Shown here: positions 50,265 through 61,258 of the stretch, one piece after another
How the letters are laid out: each line of letters begins with the position of its first letter
Position numbering within the stretch: position 1 is the stretch's first letter
From: Longimicrobiales bacterium
GTDB taxonomy: Bacteria > Gemmatimonadota > Gemmatimonadetes > Longimicrobiales > Gaopeijiaceae
Assembly: GCA_965218295.1 (NCBI GenBank)
Contig: CBDCKN010000003.1
Span: 288,001-352,000 of the forward strand
DNA: 64,000 nucleotides
Direction: 5' to 3'
Position numbers and translations under genes: made by a program
Notes under the pieces: generated by a model
Seen by the model: the letters and a program-made list of their open reading frames with translations, nothing else
The model's database searches: none
What the model was told of the DNA's origin: nothing

Positions 50265-52340
50265 GTGGCCAATCGCCTGTCTCAAGAGAGCAGTCCCTAC
50301 CTCCTCCAACACGCCGAGAACCCGGTGGACTGGTATCCTTGGGGGGATGAGGCCTTCACCCGAGCCAGGGAGCGGGACGTTCCCATCCTCCTTTCCATCG
50401 GTTACTCGGCGTGCCACTGGTGTCACGTCATGGAGAGGGAGTCGTTCGAGGATCCGGCCACCGCCGAGATCATGAACCAGAGCTTCGTGAACATCAAGGT
50501 GGACCGGGAAGAGAGGCCCGACATCGACTCCGTATACATGCGGGCCGTTCAAGCCATGTCGGGACAGGGGGGGTGGCCGCTCACGGCGTTCCTCACACCA
50601 GAAGGCGAGCCCTTCTACGGAGGCACGTACTTCCCGCCCGAGCCCCGCCACGGATTGCCGTCTTTCCGTCAGATCCTCGGCGCCATCCAGAACGCCTACG
50701 GGGAGAGACGAGACGAGGTGTTGAAGAACGCCGGCGAGCTCCGAGGGATCCTGGAGCGCAGCACGGCCGAGGTGGGTGAAGGGCCGCTGACCAGCGACGG
50801 CGAGACGCTCGCCGGTGCGGGCCTCCTCGACCACGCGTACCGTTTTCTCTCCTCCCGCTTCGATCCCACCCACGGTGGATTCGGTGGCGCGCCGAAGTTC
50901 CCCCAGCCCGTGACCCTCGAGTTCGCCCTGAGAGTCCACGCCCGGACCGGCGACGACCAGGCTCTGGGCATCGTCACGCATACGCTGCGCAAGATGGCCG
51001 GTGGGGGCATGCACGACCACCTGGCGGGCGGGTTCCACCGATATTCGGTGGATGCACGCTGGCTGGTGCCCCACTTCGAGAAGATGCTCTACGACAACGC
51101 CCTCCTCGCGCGGGTCTATTTGAACGCCTTCCAGGCCACCGGCGACACCGACCTGAGGGACGCGGCCGAGCGGACCCTGGATCACATGCTGAGGGACATG
51201 CGCGACCCCGAAGGGGGCTTCTACTCCGCCCTCGACGCCGATTCCGAGGGTGAGGAGGGCATCTTCTACGTGTGGACCCCGGCTCAGGTCCGGGAGGTGC
51301 TGGACAGCGACCTGGCCACCCTCTTCGAGCGCTGCTATGACGTCAGCGACGCCGGGAACTTCGAGGGAAAGAGCATCCTGCACCTTCCCCACGACCTGGC
51401 GGCCGTCGCTCGAAGCGAGGGTATGGAGTCGGAGCAGCTCCGGGAGCGGCTTCATGAGGCGAGAGACCTGTTGCTGGAGGCTCGGAATCTCAGGGAGCCC
51501 CCCTTCCGTGACGAAAAGATCCTGGCGAGCTGGAACGGCATGGCGTTCAGGACGATGGCGGAGGCCGGGGGAGCCCTCGGACGCGAGAGTTACCTGCAGG
51601 CCGGCGTCTCCGGACTCGACTTCGTGCTTTCGAAGATGCGACGGGACAACCGGCTTCTCCGGTCATACAAGGACGGCGTGTCGCGCATCGACGCCTTCCT
51701 GGAGGACTATGGAGCGGTCGGGAACGCCCTCGTCACAGTGTACGAGGTTACCCTCGAACCGCCCTGGCTGGACGAGATCCGTTGGACCACCGACCGGATG
51801 ATCGAGCTCTTCTGGCATGCAGAGGTGGGCGTCTTCTATGACGCCCCGTCGGATGGAGAGGACCTGATCGTCCGGCCCCGTGACATCATGGACAACGCTA
51901 CGCCGTCCGGGAATTCCCTGGCCGTGGAGCTCCTCCTCAGGACGGCCCACCTCTTTGGCGATGACAGACATCAGGAGATCGCCGAGCGGGCTCTCGGCCG
52001 CGAGGCCGGGTCCATGGCACGGTTCCCCTCGGCATTCGGCCGACTCCTCTCGGCTCTGGACCGTAAGGTGGCAGCGTCCGTTGAGATTGCCATCGTCGGA
52101 GAGCGGGATGATCCCGCGACGGGCGATCTGCTCCGGGCGGCGCTGACGCCGTACCTTCCGAACCGGACCATGGCAGGGGTGGCCCCAGGGGAGGTCCTCG
52201 ACCACGCCATCCCGCTTCTGGAGGATCGAAAGGGACAAGACGGCAGGCCCACGGCCTACGTCTGCGAGGGCTACGCCTGTCGCGCACCGGTCAACGATCC
52301 CGACGCCCTGACGGAGCAGCTGCGTACGCGAACCGGATAG
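50265..52340 (+). CDS. Thioredoxin domain-containing protein (YyaL/SSP411 family)
   Basis: [36 protein letters not shown]. Confidence 0.93.
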   Translation: MANRLSQESSPYLLQHAENPVDWYPWGDEAFTRARERDVPILLSIGYSACHWCHVMERESFEDPATAEIMNQSFVNIKVDREERPDIDSVYMRAVQAMSGQGGWPLTAFLTPEGEPFYGGTYFPPEPRHGLPSFRQILGAIQNAYGERRDEVLKNAGELRGILERSTAEVGEGPLTSDGETLAGAGLLDHAYRFLSSRFDPTHGGFGGAPKFPQPVTLEFALRVHARTGDDQALGIVTHTLRKMAGGGMHDHLAGGFHRYSVDARWLVPHFEKMLYDNALLARVYLNAFQATGDTDLRDAAERTLDHMLRDMRDPEGGFYSALDADSEGEEGIFYVWTPAQVREVLDSDLATLFERCYDVSDAGNFEGKSILHLPHDLAAVARSEGMESEQLRERLHEARDLLLEARNLREPPFRDEKILASWNGMAFRTMAEAGGALGRESYLQAGVSGLDFVLSKMRRDNRLLRSYKDGVSRIDAFLEDYGAVGNALVTVYEVTLEPPWLDEIRWTTDRMIELFWHAEVGVFYDAPSDGEDLIVRPRDIMDNATPSGNSLAVELLLRTAHLFGDDRHQEIAERALGREAGSMARFPSAFGRLLSALDRKVAASVEIAIVGERDDPATGDLLRAALTPYLPNRTMAGVAPGEVLDHAIPLLEDRKGQDGRPTAYVCEGYACRAPVNDPDALTEQLRTRTG

Positions 52341-52402
52341 CGGTCGTAGGGCGTTTGGCTATCTTATCGCCTGTCCGACCGAACCCTGATGCGCCGGAAT
52401 AG

Positions 52403-54539
52403 ATGGCAACGAAAGAGAAGGAGATCATCACGACACCGGACGAGCCGGGCATCAACCCCGACTGGTTACTAGACGCATACCGAACCATGGTCACCGCCCG
52501 GCGGGTGGATGACCGTGAGATGGCCCTCAAGCGCCAGAACAAGATCTTCTTCCAGGTCTCGGGTGCCGGACACGAGGCCATTCAGGTTGCGATGGCCGCC
52601 CACCTGAACGGCGGTTACGACTGGTTCTACCTCTACTACCGCGACCGGGCGCTAGCCCTCGCCATCGGGCAGACGCCCCTCGACCATCTCCTCGGGGCCG
52701 TGGGGGCACACGACGATCCGAACAGCGCAGGCCGGCAGATGCCGTCGCACTTCGGAGACGTACGGTTCAACATCGCCAGCGCATCGTCGCCCACTGCTAC
52801 CCAATTCCTCCCGGCCGTGGGAGCCGCCGAGGCCGGGCAGCACGTCGGGCGAGTTCCGGAGCTCGAGGACAAGGTCACCGGATTCCGGGAGGACGAAGTC
52901 GTTTTGGTCTGTGCAGGGGATGGAGCCACCTCGGGGGGTGAGTTCTGGGAGGCACTGAACGTCTCCTGTAATCTCAAGCTCCCAATCGTGTTCCTGATCG
53001 AGGACAACGGGTATGCCATCTCGGTTCCCGTGGAGGTCAACACGGCGGGCGGGAGTATCTCCAAGCTCGTCGAAGGCTTTCCGGATCTTCTCATTCGAGA
53101 GTGCGACGGCACCGACGTGGTGGACAGCTACATGGCTGCCGGGGAGGCCGTGGCGCACTGTCGCTCGCGGAAGGGGCCCGCGCTCGTCCACGCGCATACG
53201 ATCAGACCATATTCCCACTCGATGTCGGACGACGAGCGGACGTATCGGCCCGAGGCCGAGCGAGCGGAGGAGGCCAAGCGAGATCCACTCCTGAGGACAC
53301 GGGCGCTCCTCATCGACCGGGGGATCTCGACGCCCGAAACCCTCGACGCTCTCGAGGAGGAGATCCAGGCGTTGGTCGCGGCCGACGCCGACGAGGCCGC
53401 GAGTCATCCGCAGCCGGCCCCCGAAACGGTGTTGCAGCACCTCTACTCAGAGGACGTCGACCCCGCGGGACCCGACTTCGACAACGAGGATTCGCCCGAC
53501 TTCACGGGACGATCGAGATCTGACCGTCGTCGATCTCCTGAACGCCTGCATGCGCGACGAGCTGGAACGGGATCCCCGAATCCTCGTCTTCGGGGAGGAC
53601 GTGGCGGACGCTTCTCGGGAAGAGATCCTGTCCGAGGTGAAGGGCAAAGGGGGTGTCTTCAAGGTGACCCACGGCCTCCAGCGCCGTTTCGGAGGCCAGC
53701 GGGTCTTCAACACTCCCCTTGCCGAGGCCAGCATCGTGGGTCGGGCGATCGGGATGGCCCAGCGCGGCCTCAAGCCCGTGGTCGAGATCCAGTTCTTCGA
53801 CTACATCTGGCCGGCGTTCATGCAGATCCGGAGCGAGCTGGCCATCATGCGATACCGGACGGCTGGGGCCTTTTCGGCTCCGGTCGTGATACGTGTTCCG
53901 TACGGGGGATACTTGAAGGGTGGCGGTCCCTACCACTCACAGACGGGGGACACGCTCTTCACGCACACACCCGGCCTCAGGGTGGTATTGCCGTCCAACG
54001 CCCTGGATGCCAACGGGCTCCTGAGAACGGCCATCCGCTGTGACGACCCCGTCATCTTCCTGGAGCACAAGCACCTCTACCGGCAGGTCCACAACAAGGG
54101 CCGGTATCCGGGCAAGGACTTCATGATCCCCTTCGGCAAGGCGAAGGTGGTCCGCCCAGGCTCGGATCTGACCATCGTGACGTGCGGCGCCCTGGTGAAG
54201 CGCTCCATGGACGCCGCGAAGACAGCGGCGGACCAGCACGGCATCGACTGCGAGGTCATCGATCTACGAACGCTTTCGCCCTTGGACATGGAGTCTGTGG
54301 CCGCGTCGGTAAAGAAGACCAACAAGGTCCTCGTCACCCACGAGGATTCCCTCTCCTGGGGCATCGGCTCGGAGATCGTGGCCCGCATCGCGGACGAGCT
54401 CTTCCCTTGGTTGGACGGACCGGTGCGGCGAGTGGCGTCGATGGACACCTGGGTCGCCTATGCGCCGCAGCTGGAAGAAGTCATCCTCCCCCAGGCCAAA
54501 GACGTCCTCGAAGGAATCCTGGACCTGGCGAAGCACTAG
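52403..54539 (+). CDS. Fused E1 alpha/beta 2-oxoacid dehydrogenase (frameshift near 53510)
   Basis: Alpha: GDGA, EDN, HSMSDD. Beta: [18 protein letters not shown]. The beta frame is open from LTVVDLLN immediately after the shift. Confidence 0.88.
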
Positions 54540-55829
54540 TCTTTGGATTCCGGTTGGGTGCTCTCCGGCGGTCCCCTGGCGGCTTCGGGCAGGATCAGAC
54601 GGACTGCTCGCCGATAGAAAACGTAGTTCCAGGCCCAGTTCACCAGGACCAGCGCGCGGTTGCGGAATCCGATGAGCCAGGCCAGGTGGATCGTCAGCCA
54701 CAACACCCACGCAGAAAAGCCCGTGAAGGATCTTCCCCGGACGCTGGCGACCGCGGCGTTGCGCCCGATCACTGCCAGCATTCCAAGGTCCTTGTAGACG
54801 AACGTGCCGGGCGCCTTGCCGGCGATGAGCCTTGCGATGCTGTCCGCCGCCGAGCTCCCCTGCTGAAGGGCGACCTGAGCCACCTGTGGCAACGGTTTCC
54901 CTTCCACCTCGAGAAAGGCCAGGTCCCCTACCACGAACACCTCCGGGTGGCCCGGCACCTGTAGTGTCGGCTCCACCGGCACGCGTCCGGACGGTCCCGC
55001 CGGAAGCCCCCACCGGCCCATCGCCGGATCACCCTGAACTCCCGCCGCCCACACAACCGTGTGGGTCGGGAGCTCTCCCTGGGCACTCGTCACGGCTGCG
55101 TCCGGTCGGACTGCCAGGACCCGCGAGCCGAGCCGGACCGTCACGCCGCGTTTCTCCAGGCGGGCGCACGCATACTCCTGCAGGCGTCCCGGCATGCCCG
55201 GAAGAAGGCGCTCTTCTCCCTCCACGAGAATCACGTCCACTTCATCCGGAGAGATGTCCCCGTAGTCCTTCAGCAGGGGACCGTAGATCAGCTCTGCCAG
55301 CGCCCCGGCATACTCCACTCCGGTGGGGCCCCCACCGACGATGGTGAAGCGAAGTAGGGCGCGACGCTCCTCCGGGTCCGATGCCTGGGCCGCCCGCTCG
55401 AAGCAAGCCAGCACGTGGTAGCGGAGGGGGATGGCGTCGTCCATCGTCCGGAGCGGGAAGGAATGGCGGGCAGCACCCTCGACATCGAAGAAGTTCGGGA
55501 CGCTGCCCGGAGCGAGGACCAGATAGTCGTATTGCAGGGAGTCGCTCTCGGTGACGACACTTCTCGACTCGAGGTCGAGCTCGCGCAGCTCCGCCTTCCG
55601 GAAGTCGACCAGCGGCTCTCTTCGGAAGAGACTCCGTATGGGGTAGGCGATCTCTCCCGGACCGAGCTCGGCGGCGGCCACCTGGTAGAGGAGCGGGAAG
55701 AAGGTGTGATAGTTATTGCGGTCGAGCACGATCACCCGCAGCCCGTGCCGGGACGAAGCGCCTCGCCGCCCACAGGCCCCCGAAGCCTGCTCCCACGACC
55801 ACGATCCGAGGATGCGATGGAGGGTCCAC
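54536..55829 (-). CDS. ndh: Type II NADH dehydrogenase (frameshift near 55752)
   Basis: GTG 55829 gives [12 protein letters not shown] in one frame; [22 protein letters not shown] and GD follow in the next. Confidence 0.88.
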
Positions 55830-56060
55830 GGACTAGAGGCCTGTTGAGGAAGTGGGGCGAGCCGCGTTAGGAGCGCCACGGGGCCAGACCCTAGGCGGCG
55901 CCCCGAAGGCATAGCAATAGCTACGTCGAGGGGCGCCAACAACGGGGGCACCGCGCGAAGCGTGGTCGGCCCCGTGCCGCCCTAACCGGGCACCGACAGG
56001 GCGCCAGCCCTGTTGGTCGGGCGAAGGGGGGTTGCGGGCCCATAGCGCGTCTCTCTTCCT

Positions 56061-57438
56061 GAGGTTGGGTCAATAGGTGTGTAAACGTATTAGGCGGCGT
56101 TCTTCCGCTGTTGGTGTGAGACGGGCTTTCCGTCTTCGAACTTTCTTCCTTCAAATACGTCCTTGAGGAGGTGAGGAGCGTCGAGCCTTCGGAACCGCTT
56201 CTCAGCCACCAAGAGCAACTTCCAGATTAGCGCCGTAGCGCTCTCGACCCGCTTGAACCGCTTCGCTGCTGTCGTCCTGAGCCGTACCGCGGCGAACGGG
56301 CTCTCGACCACGTTCGTCGTGCGTAGATGCTTCCAGTGGTCCTCGGGGAAGTCGTAGAACGCTACCATCCGCTCCCAGTCGTCCTCGAGTACGTCCACTG
56401 CTTTCGGATACCACGGCCTATAGCGTCGGGCGAACACCTCGCGGGCCTTCAGGGCCTCGGCCCGGCTCGGTGCGTAGACCACGGCCCGGAGAAGATCCTT
56501 CGCCTCGCCCTGCTCCCGCTGAGGTAGTCGGTCCAGCACGTTCCTCATCTTGTGGTTCCAGCACCGTTGCTCACCCGCCTCAGGCCATACCTGCCGTACT
56601 GCGCCCCAGATCGCAGCGTTACCGTCCGCCATCAGAAGCCGGGGCGCCTCGATGCCGCGTGCCTTCAGGTCCCGCAACACCTCGGACCAGGACTCGACCG
56701 ACTCTCGGTAGCCCGCTCTCAGGGCCAACACCTCTTTCGTCCCGTCTCGCATGGCACCCAGCACCACCAGCAGCGCCGCTTTGTCCCGCTCCAGCCCTGC
56801 CTTCACATAGATCCCGTCCGCCCACACGTAGACGACCTCACGACCCTCCAGGCGACGCTGGCTCCATTCCTCGAACTCCGCCGTCCATCCCGCCCGCAGC
56901 CGCCGAATCGAAGACTTCGACAGCGGTGCCCCCTCGCCCAGCAGGCCCCGCATCGCCAACTCGAAGTCTCCCTCCGCCAGTCCGTGCAGATACAGCTCCG
57001 GAAGCAGAGCGCCCAGCTCCTTCGTCCGCCTCGCGAACAACGGCAGCACGCGGCTCTCGAACCGCTCCTCAAGGCCTCGAACTCGAGGGCGTCGGAGTGT
57101 GATCGTGCCCGAGCTCATCGCCAGCCGCCTCGGCTTGCCGTATCCGTTGCGGTAGCCCTCGGTCGCGTCCACCACCCTCCTGCGCTCTGACTTCTCTCGC
57201 CCTAGCAACTCCGTGACTTCCTCCTCCAAGATCTGTTGAATGAACTCCTGCGCCTTCTCCCGAACCACTTCTTCCAGAACTTCCCACACGGGCGTCCTGG
57301 ACTCACCCTCGGGTCCCACCGTATTCTTCCTCACGAGGCGTCGTTCCTTTCCCCCGGGCTGTCACCCGGAGTTCGCTGGTTATTACTCAGCGGAAAGGTA
57401 CGTCGCCTCTCTTTTTACACACCCTTTGATCCTAGCTC
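56061..57438 (-). mobile_element. IS256-family insertion sequence, copy 2
   Basis: Same ends as copy 1; TSD CTCTTCCT at 56053-56060 and 57439-57446. Confidence 0.95.
56090..57334 (-). CDS. IS256-family transposase
   Basis: 414 aa; differs from copy 1 at four residues. Confidence 0.95.
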   Translation of the reverse strand: MRKNTVGPEGESRTPVWEVLEEVVREKAQEFIQQILEEEVTELLGREKSERRRVVDATEGYRNGYGKPRRLAMSSGTITLRRPRVRGLEERFESRVLPLFARRTKELGALLPELYLHGLAEGDFELAMRGLLGEGAPLSKSSIRRLRAGWTAEFEEWSQRRLEGREVVYVWADGIYVKAGLERDKAALLVVLGAMRDGTKEVLALRAGYRESVESWSEVLRDLKARGIEAPRLLMADGNAAIWGAVRQVWPEAGEQRCWNHKMRNVLDRLPQREQGEAKDLLRAVVYAPSRAEALKAREVFARRYRPWYPKAVDVLEDDWERMVAFYDFPEDHWKHLRTTNVVESPFAAVRLRTTAAKRFKRVESATALIWKLLLVAEKRFRRLDAPHLLKDVFEGRKFEDGKPVSHQQRKNAA

Positions 57439-57624
57439 CTCTTCCTCGCCGTAGCGCTGCTACGCCTCGTCATCGTTCGTTCTTCGCCTTCGGCTCAGGT
57501 GTCGCGGAACACCACTGCGCACGCCGAACACCAGGTCCACGACGTTCTCTGGTCACCGCAAGACCGGGGCACCCGCGCCGTAGGCGTGGGTCGCGCGGCC
57601 GCACCCCACTTCCTCAACAGGCCT

Positions 57625-58821
57625 CTAGTACTTCGGGAGGCTCGGGTCGATCTCGTCCACCCAGGCGAGGATGCCTCCTGTGAGGTTGTCCACACGCCTG
57701 AAGCCCGCGTCCACCAGTGCGCCGGCGGCCATGAGGCTACGCGCACCGGACCGGCAATACACCACGATCTCTCGATCCCGGGGCAGCTCGTTCATCCGAT
57801 CGGGTAGCTCGCCAAGGGGGATCCGCACCTCCCCATCGGCATGAACGCTCACGATATCCCACTCGAAAGGCTCCCTGACGTCGAGAAGCAGCGGTGGCTC
57901 GGCGTCGGCGAGACGCTCCTTCAGTTCCCTGGGGCCAACCTCGCCGATGCCATTCGGGGGCTCTTGTTCCGTCTCTCCAGCCCCCGCCGCGCCTTCATCC
58001 TGCGAGCGGAGTCCGCAGAAGTCCTCGTAGTCGATGAGACTCGTCTGGGTCGGCACGTCTCCACATACCGGACAGTCCGGGTTCCGGCTCAGCGCGACCT
58101 CTCTCCAGGTCAGGTCCATGGCATCGAAGATGAGGAGCCGCCCGCTGAGGGTGTTGCCCTTTCCAAGGACGAGCTTGATGACCTCCAAGGCCTGAAGCGA
58201 ACCGATGACCCCCGGGAGGACTCCCAACACGCCGGCTTCTGCGCAGTTGGGCACGAGGCCCGGAGGGGGCGGCTCACGGAAGAGGCAGCGGTAGCAAGGC
58301 CCGTCATCGAGTCCGAAGACCGAAACCTGCCCTTCCCAGCGGAAGATCGAGCCATAGACGTTGGGCTTGCCCAGGAGCACGGATGCGTCGTTGACCAGAT
58401 AGCGCGTCGGGAAGTTGTCGGTACCGTCCACCACCACGTCGTACGGCTCGAGAATCTCCAGGGCGTTGTCGGAGCTCAGTCGTACGGGGTGTGCGACCAC
58501 GTCCACGTGCGGATTGATGTCCGCCAGTCGGTCCTTCGCCGATTCGAGCTTGTGCCGCCCAATGTCCTTGGTGCCGTGCAGGATCTGCCGCTGGAGGTTG
58601 CTGGCGTCCACCTCATCGAAGTCCACCAGACCCAGTGTGCCGATTCCGGCGGCGGCCAGGTAGAGGGCCAAGGGTGAGCCGAGGCCCCCCGCACCCACCA
58701 CCAGCACCCGAGCCTCCTTGAGGCGTTGCTGGCCCTCTAGTCCCACCTCGGGAAGCGACAGATGTCGGGCGTACCGGGTCAGCTCCGCCGGCTCCAGCTC
58801 AGGATTGCGACGCTCTGCCAA
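57625..58821 (-). CDS. moeB: Molybdopterin-synthase adenylyltransferase with rhodanese domain (MoeB/MoeZ)
   Basis: RYARH, GAGGLG, SNLQRQ, CYRC, CPVC, YCRSGARS. Confidence 0.93.
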   Translation of the reverse strand: MAERRNPELEPAELTRYARHLSLPEVGLEGQQRLKEARVLVVGAGGLGSPLALYLAAAGIGTLGLVDFDEVDASNLQRQILHGTKDIGRHKLESAKDRLADINPHVDVVAHPVRLSSDNALEILEPYDVVVDGTDNFPTRYLVNDASVLLGKPNVYGSIFRWEGQVSVFGLDDGPCYRCLFREPPPPGLVPNCAEAGVLGVLPGVIGSLQALEVIKLVLGKGNTLSGRLLIFDAMDLTWREVALSRNPDCPVCGDVPTQTSLIDYEDFCGLRSQDEGAAGAGETEQEPPNGIGEVGPRELKERLADAEPPLLLDVREPFEWDIVSVHADGEVRIPLGELPDRMNELPRDREIVVYCRSGARSLMAAGALVDAGFRRVDNLTGGILAWVDEIDPSLPKY

Positions 58822-58853
58822 GGTCGAGTCTCTGTCGTGAAAGGGGGCGCGAT

Positions 58854-58920
58854 CTAATGTGTGGTGTTACAGAAGTGTCTCGACCATTCGAGCTCGCGAA
58901 CTTCTGTAACACCACTCTAG
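58854..58920. repeat. Divergent MITE family A relative
   Basis: Perfect 16-bp IR GTGGTGTTACAGAAGT at 58861-58876/58900-58915; inner AAGTTCGCGAGC and CGAGACACTT on the minus strand as in family A; CTAA/CTAG ends. Confidence 0.7.
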
Positions 58921-58977
58921 CGAACTTGCACCCCCTCGTGGGATTCGGGTTCCCCGGCCGGGAAGGCGATGAAGTCT

Positions 58978-61164
58978 CTATTGCTCAGAGGACAGGTAGC
59001 GGAGGCCTCCCAGGGCCGTCGTGCGGAAAGCGGCGGCCTCTTCGGCCAGGTCGTTCACCTCCTCCGTGGCCACTCCGGCGATGGCCGCGGCGTCGGCAAG
59101 CTGAACGAACAGGAACTGATAGTGGAGCGGGATGTTCAACGTGCTGCGATCCTGCCAGATGTCCCGGTCCCGGATCCCTCGGTACTGATAGACGTCGCGC
59201 ACCAGGGTGAGATTCCGGTCGAGGTCGAACCACTGGCCACCCATTCGATCGCTTCCCTGCACCAACCCCTCCGGGCGCTCCTCGTTCAAGTTCCGCATCA
59301 CCAGCTTCGTCGTGAGGCCGTGACGGATCCCCCAGTCCTGCAGGCCGAGGTCTCCCAGCAGGCCAGCGGAGCTCGCGAAGTAGACGGGACGCTGTCCGAT
59401 GGAGTCGTGGATGAAGCTCAGAGCCAGGCGATGGCCGCGGTCCAGGTACGTCCCCGCCGGATACGTTACCACCACGGCGCCGAGCGGTAGGTCCAGATCG
59501 TCGGGAATCCTCCCCGACCCCACGGCATCGAGGATTTCGTCGCTGGCTCCCGTGATGGCCGAGTCCGGGATCGGGGTGGCAGGATAAAGGCCCACGGCGA
59601 ACTCCTCGCTGAACGCCCTCTGCCGCTCCGGCTCCGTCATGTCCCGGAGCTGCTTGGGATACCAGTCCGTGTAGAGGTATTGGAGGACGATGACGCTCAC
59701 ATCCTTCCGAATTCCCTCGATCTCCTGCAGGTACCAGAGCGGGAAGGTATCGTTATCCCCATTCGTGAAGAGGATCCCGTACGGCTCGACGCTCATCAGA
59801 AGATCGTAGGCCCAATCACGCGGGGCGTAGTCCCCCGCCCGGCTGGCCCAGGCCCAATTGTAGGCCAACGGGATCAGGGCGACGATGAAGATCGGAGCTG
59901 CCCACCGATATGCCGCTCCGCCACCCCAGTGGTCCGAGAGTGCCGACCAGAACCCCGCGAGACCGAGCCCGGCCAGGTTGCCCCACAGAATGAAGCTGGC
60001 CACGAAGAAGTAGTCTCTCTCACGCACCTCGTGGGCCAGCCGATCCGTTACGTGGGGGGCGAGTGAGAATCCGTATTCGAAGTTCAGATAGACGACCAGG
60101 CCAAGCGTGACTGTGGCCGTCAGAGTCACCATGTACGCGAAGATGTACCGATCCGCTCGCCACACGACGAGAAAGCCCATGAACCCCATGGCCATGAACA
60201 GCACGGTCGCCGGCAGACGGGCGCCCATGGGCAACGACCCGAGATCGGCTCCTCTCGCCCACTGCCAGTCGAAGTACTGGAAGTAGTTGAGCAGCTGATC
60301 CCGGAACGGTGCCTGCCGTTCGCCGAGGGGGGGCTTGGCGTACTGCTCCCGACTCAGGGACGAGGCCAGAGCCGGGCAGCCGGCCTTGCCGTTGGTGTAG
60401 ATGGCCACGGCCACCCCACCGGCAGACGTACAGGTAGGATCGCCCTCGTTTATTATCGGATCCTGGGCCGCGCGAATGGGCAGGAAAACGCTGAACGACA
60501 GCCCCAGAACCACCAGGGGAACGGCACGGATCCAGAATCCCTTGCGCAACAGGACCGCTGGACCCGCCAGAAGCACGAAGAGACCGAAAGCAGGCAGCGG
60601 AAGCACCGACATGAGATGGTTGGCAGCCCCCAGAACCATAACATATAGGGCTCCAAGTAGCGCCCTCAGGCCCGCCGGCTCGTCCTGCTGGTCATACCAA
60701 CGGAGCAGCAGCCACGACGCAGCGGCCACGATGGCCACACTCACCGTATAGACCTTCTCGTTCGCGTTCGACTGATTCCACACGGTGTACGCCGTAGCCC
60801 CCATGAGGGCCCCGGACGCGGCACCCACGATGGCCATCCAACGCTCTTCGAGCACCGCCGAGAGGATCCGGTGGCCGATCATGAAGAAGAAGAACGTGGC
60901 CGTTGCACTGGTGAAGGCGGCCAAGAGGTTGATGCGGACGGCCACGGGCAACCCAAGCGGCGCCAGCAGCAGGCTCCACGTGCGGGCCAACGACACGAAC
61001 AGCGGATTCCCGGGCGGGTGAGGGATACCCAGCAGGTGCCCCGTAGTGATGTACTCGCTGGCGTCCCACCACGCCGTCGTGGGTGCCAGGGTCCACACGT
61101 AGAGCGCGAAGATCGCCGCTCCCACGAGAGCGCCGGCTCGGTACGGCGGTCGATATCCCGTCAT
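58978..61164 (-). CDS. DUF2723 / TMEM260-like membrane glycosyltransferase
   Basis: WDASEY, HPPGNPL, RERDYF, GDNDTFPLWY. Confidence 0.88.
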   Translation of the reverse strand: MTGYRPPYRAGALVGAAIFALYVWTLAPTTAWWDASEYITTGHLLGIPHPPGNPLFVSLARTWSLLLAPLGLPVAVRINLLAAFTSATATFFFFMIGHRILSAVLEERWMAIVGAASGALMGATAYTVWNQSNANEKVYTVSVAIVAAASWLLLRWYDQQDEPAGLRALLGALYVMVLGAANHLMSVLPLPAFGLFVLLAGPAVLLRKGFWIRAVPLVVLGLSFSVFLPIRAAQDPIINEGDPTCTSAGGVAVAIYTNGKAGCPALASSLSREQYAKPPLGERQAPFRDQLLNYFQYFDWQWARGADLGSLPMGARLPATVLFMAMGFMGFLVVWRADRYIFAYMVTLTATVTLGLVVYLNFEYGFSLAPHVTDRLAHEVRERDYFFVASFILWGNLAGLGLAGFWSALSDHWGGGAAYRWAAPIFIVALIPLAYNWAWASRAGDYAPRDWAYDLLMSVEPYGILFTNGDNDTFPLWYLQEIEGIRKDVSVIVLQYLYTDWYPKQLRDMTEPERQRAFSEEFAVGLYPATPIPDSAITGASDEILDAVGSGRIPDDLDLPLGAVVVTYPAGTYLDRGHRLALSFIHDSIGQRPVYFASSAGLLGDLGLQDWGIRHGLTTKLVMRNLNEERPEGLVQGSDRMGGQWFDLDRNLTLVRDVYQYRGIRDRDIWQDRSTLNIPLHYQFLFVQLADAAAIAGVATEEVNDLAEEAAAFRTTALGGLRYLSSEQ

Positions 61165-61258
61165 CCCCTACCCTGGTGTGAGAAGTGATGCACGTGACCG
61201 GACTCGCACGACCTTGTAGCCCGTCCGCCCTCCACGGTTCCGCCTACCGCCTGTGAGG

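Larger units (their letters stand above)
55833..57628. mobile_element. MITE type B (about 410 bp without the IS) containing a nested IS256
   Basis: Perfect 25-bp IR CTAGAGGCCTGTTGAGGAAGTGGGG at 55833-55857 and 57604-57628. Confidence 0.8.
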
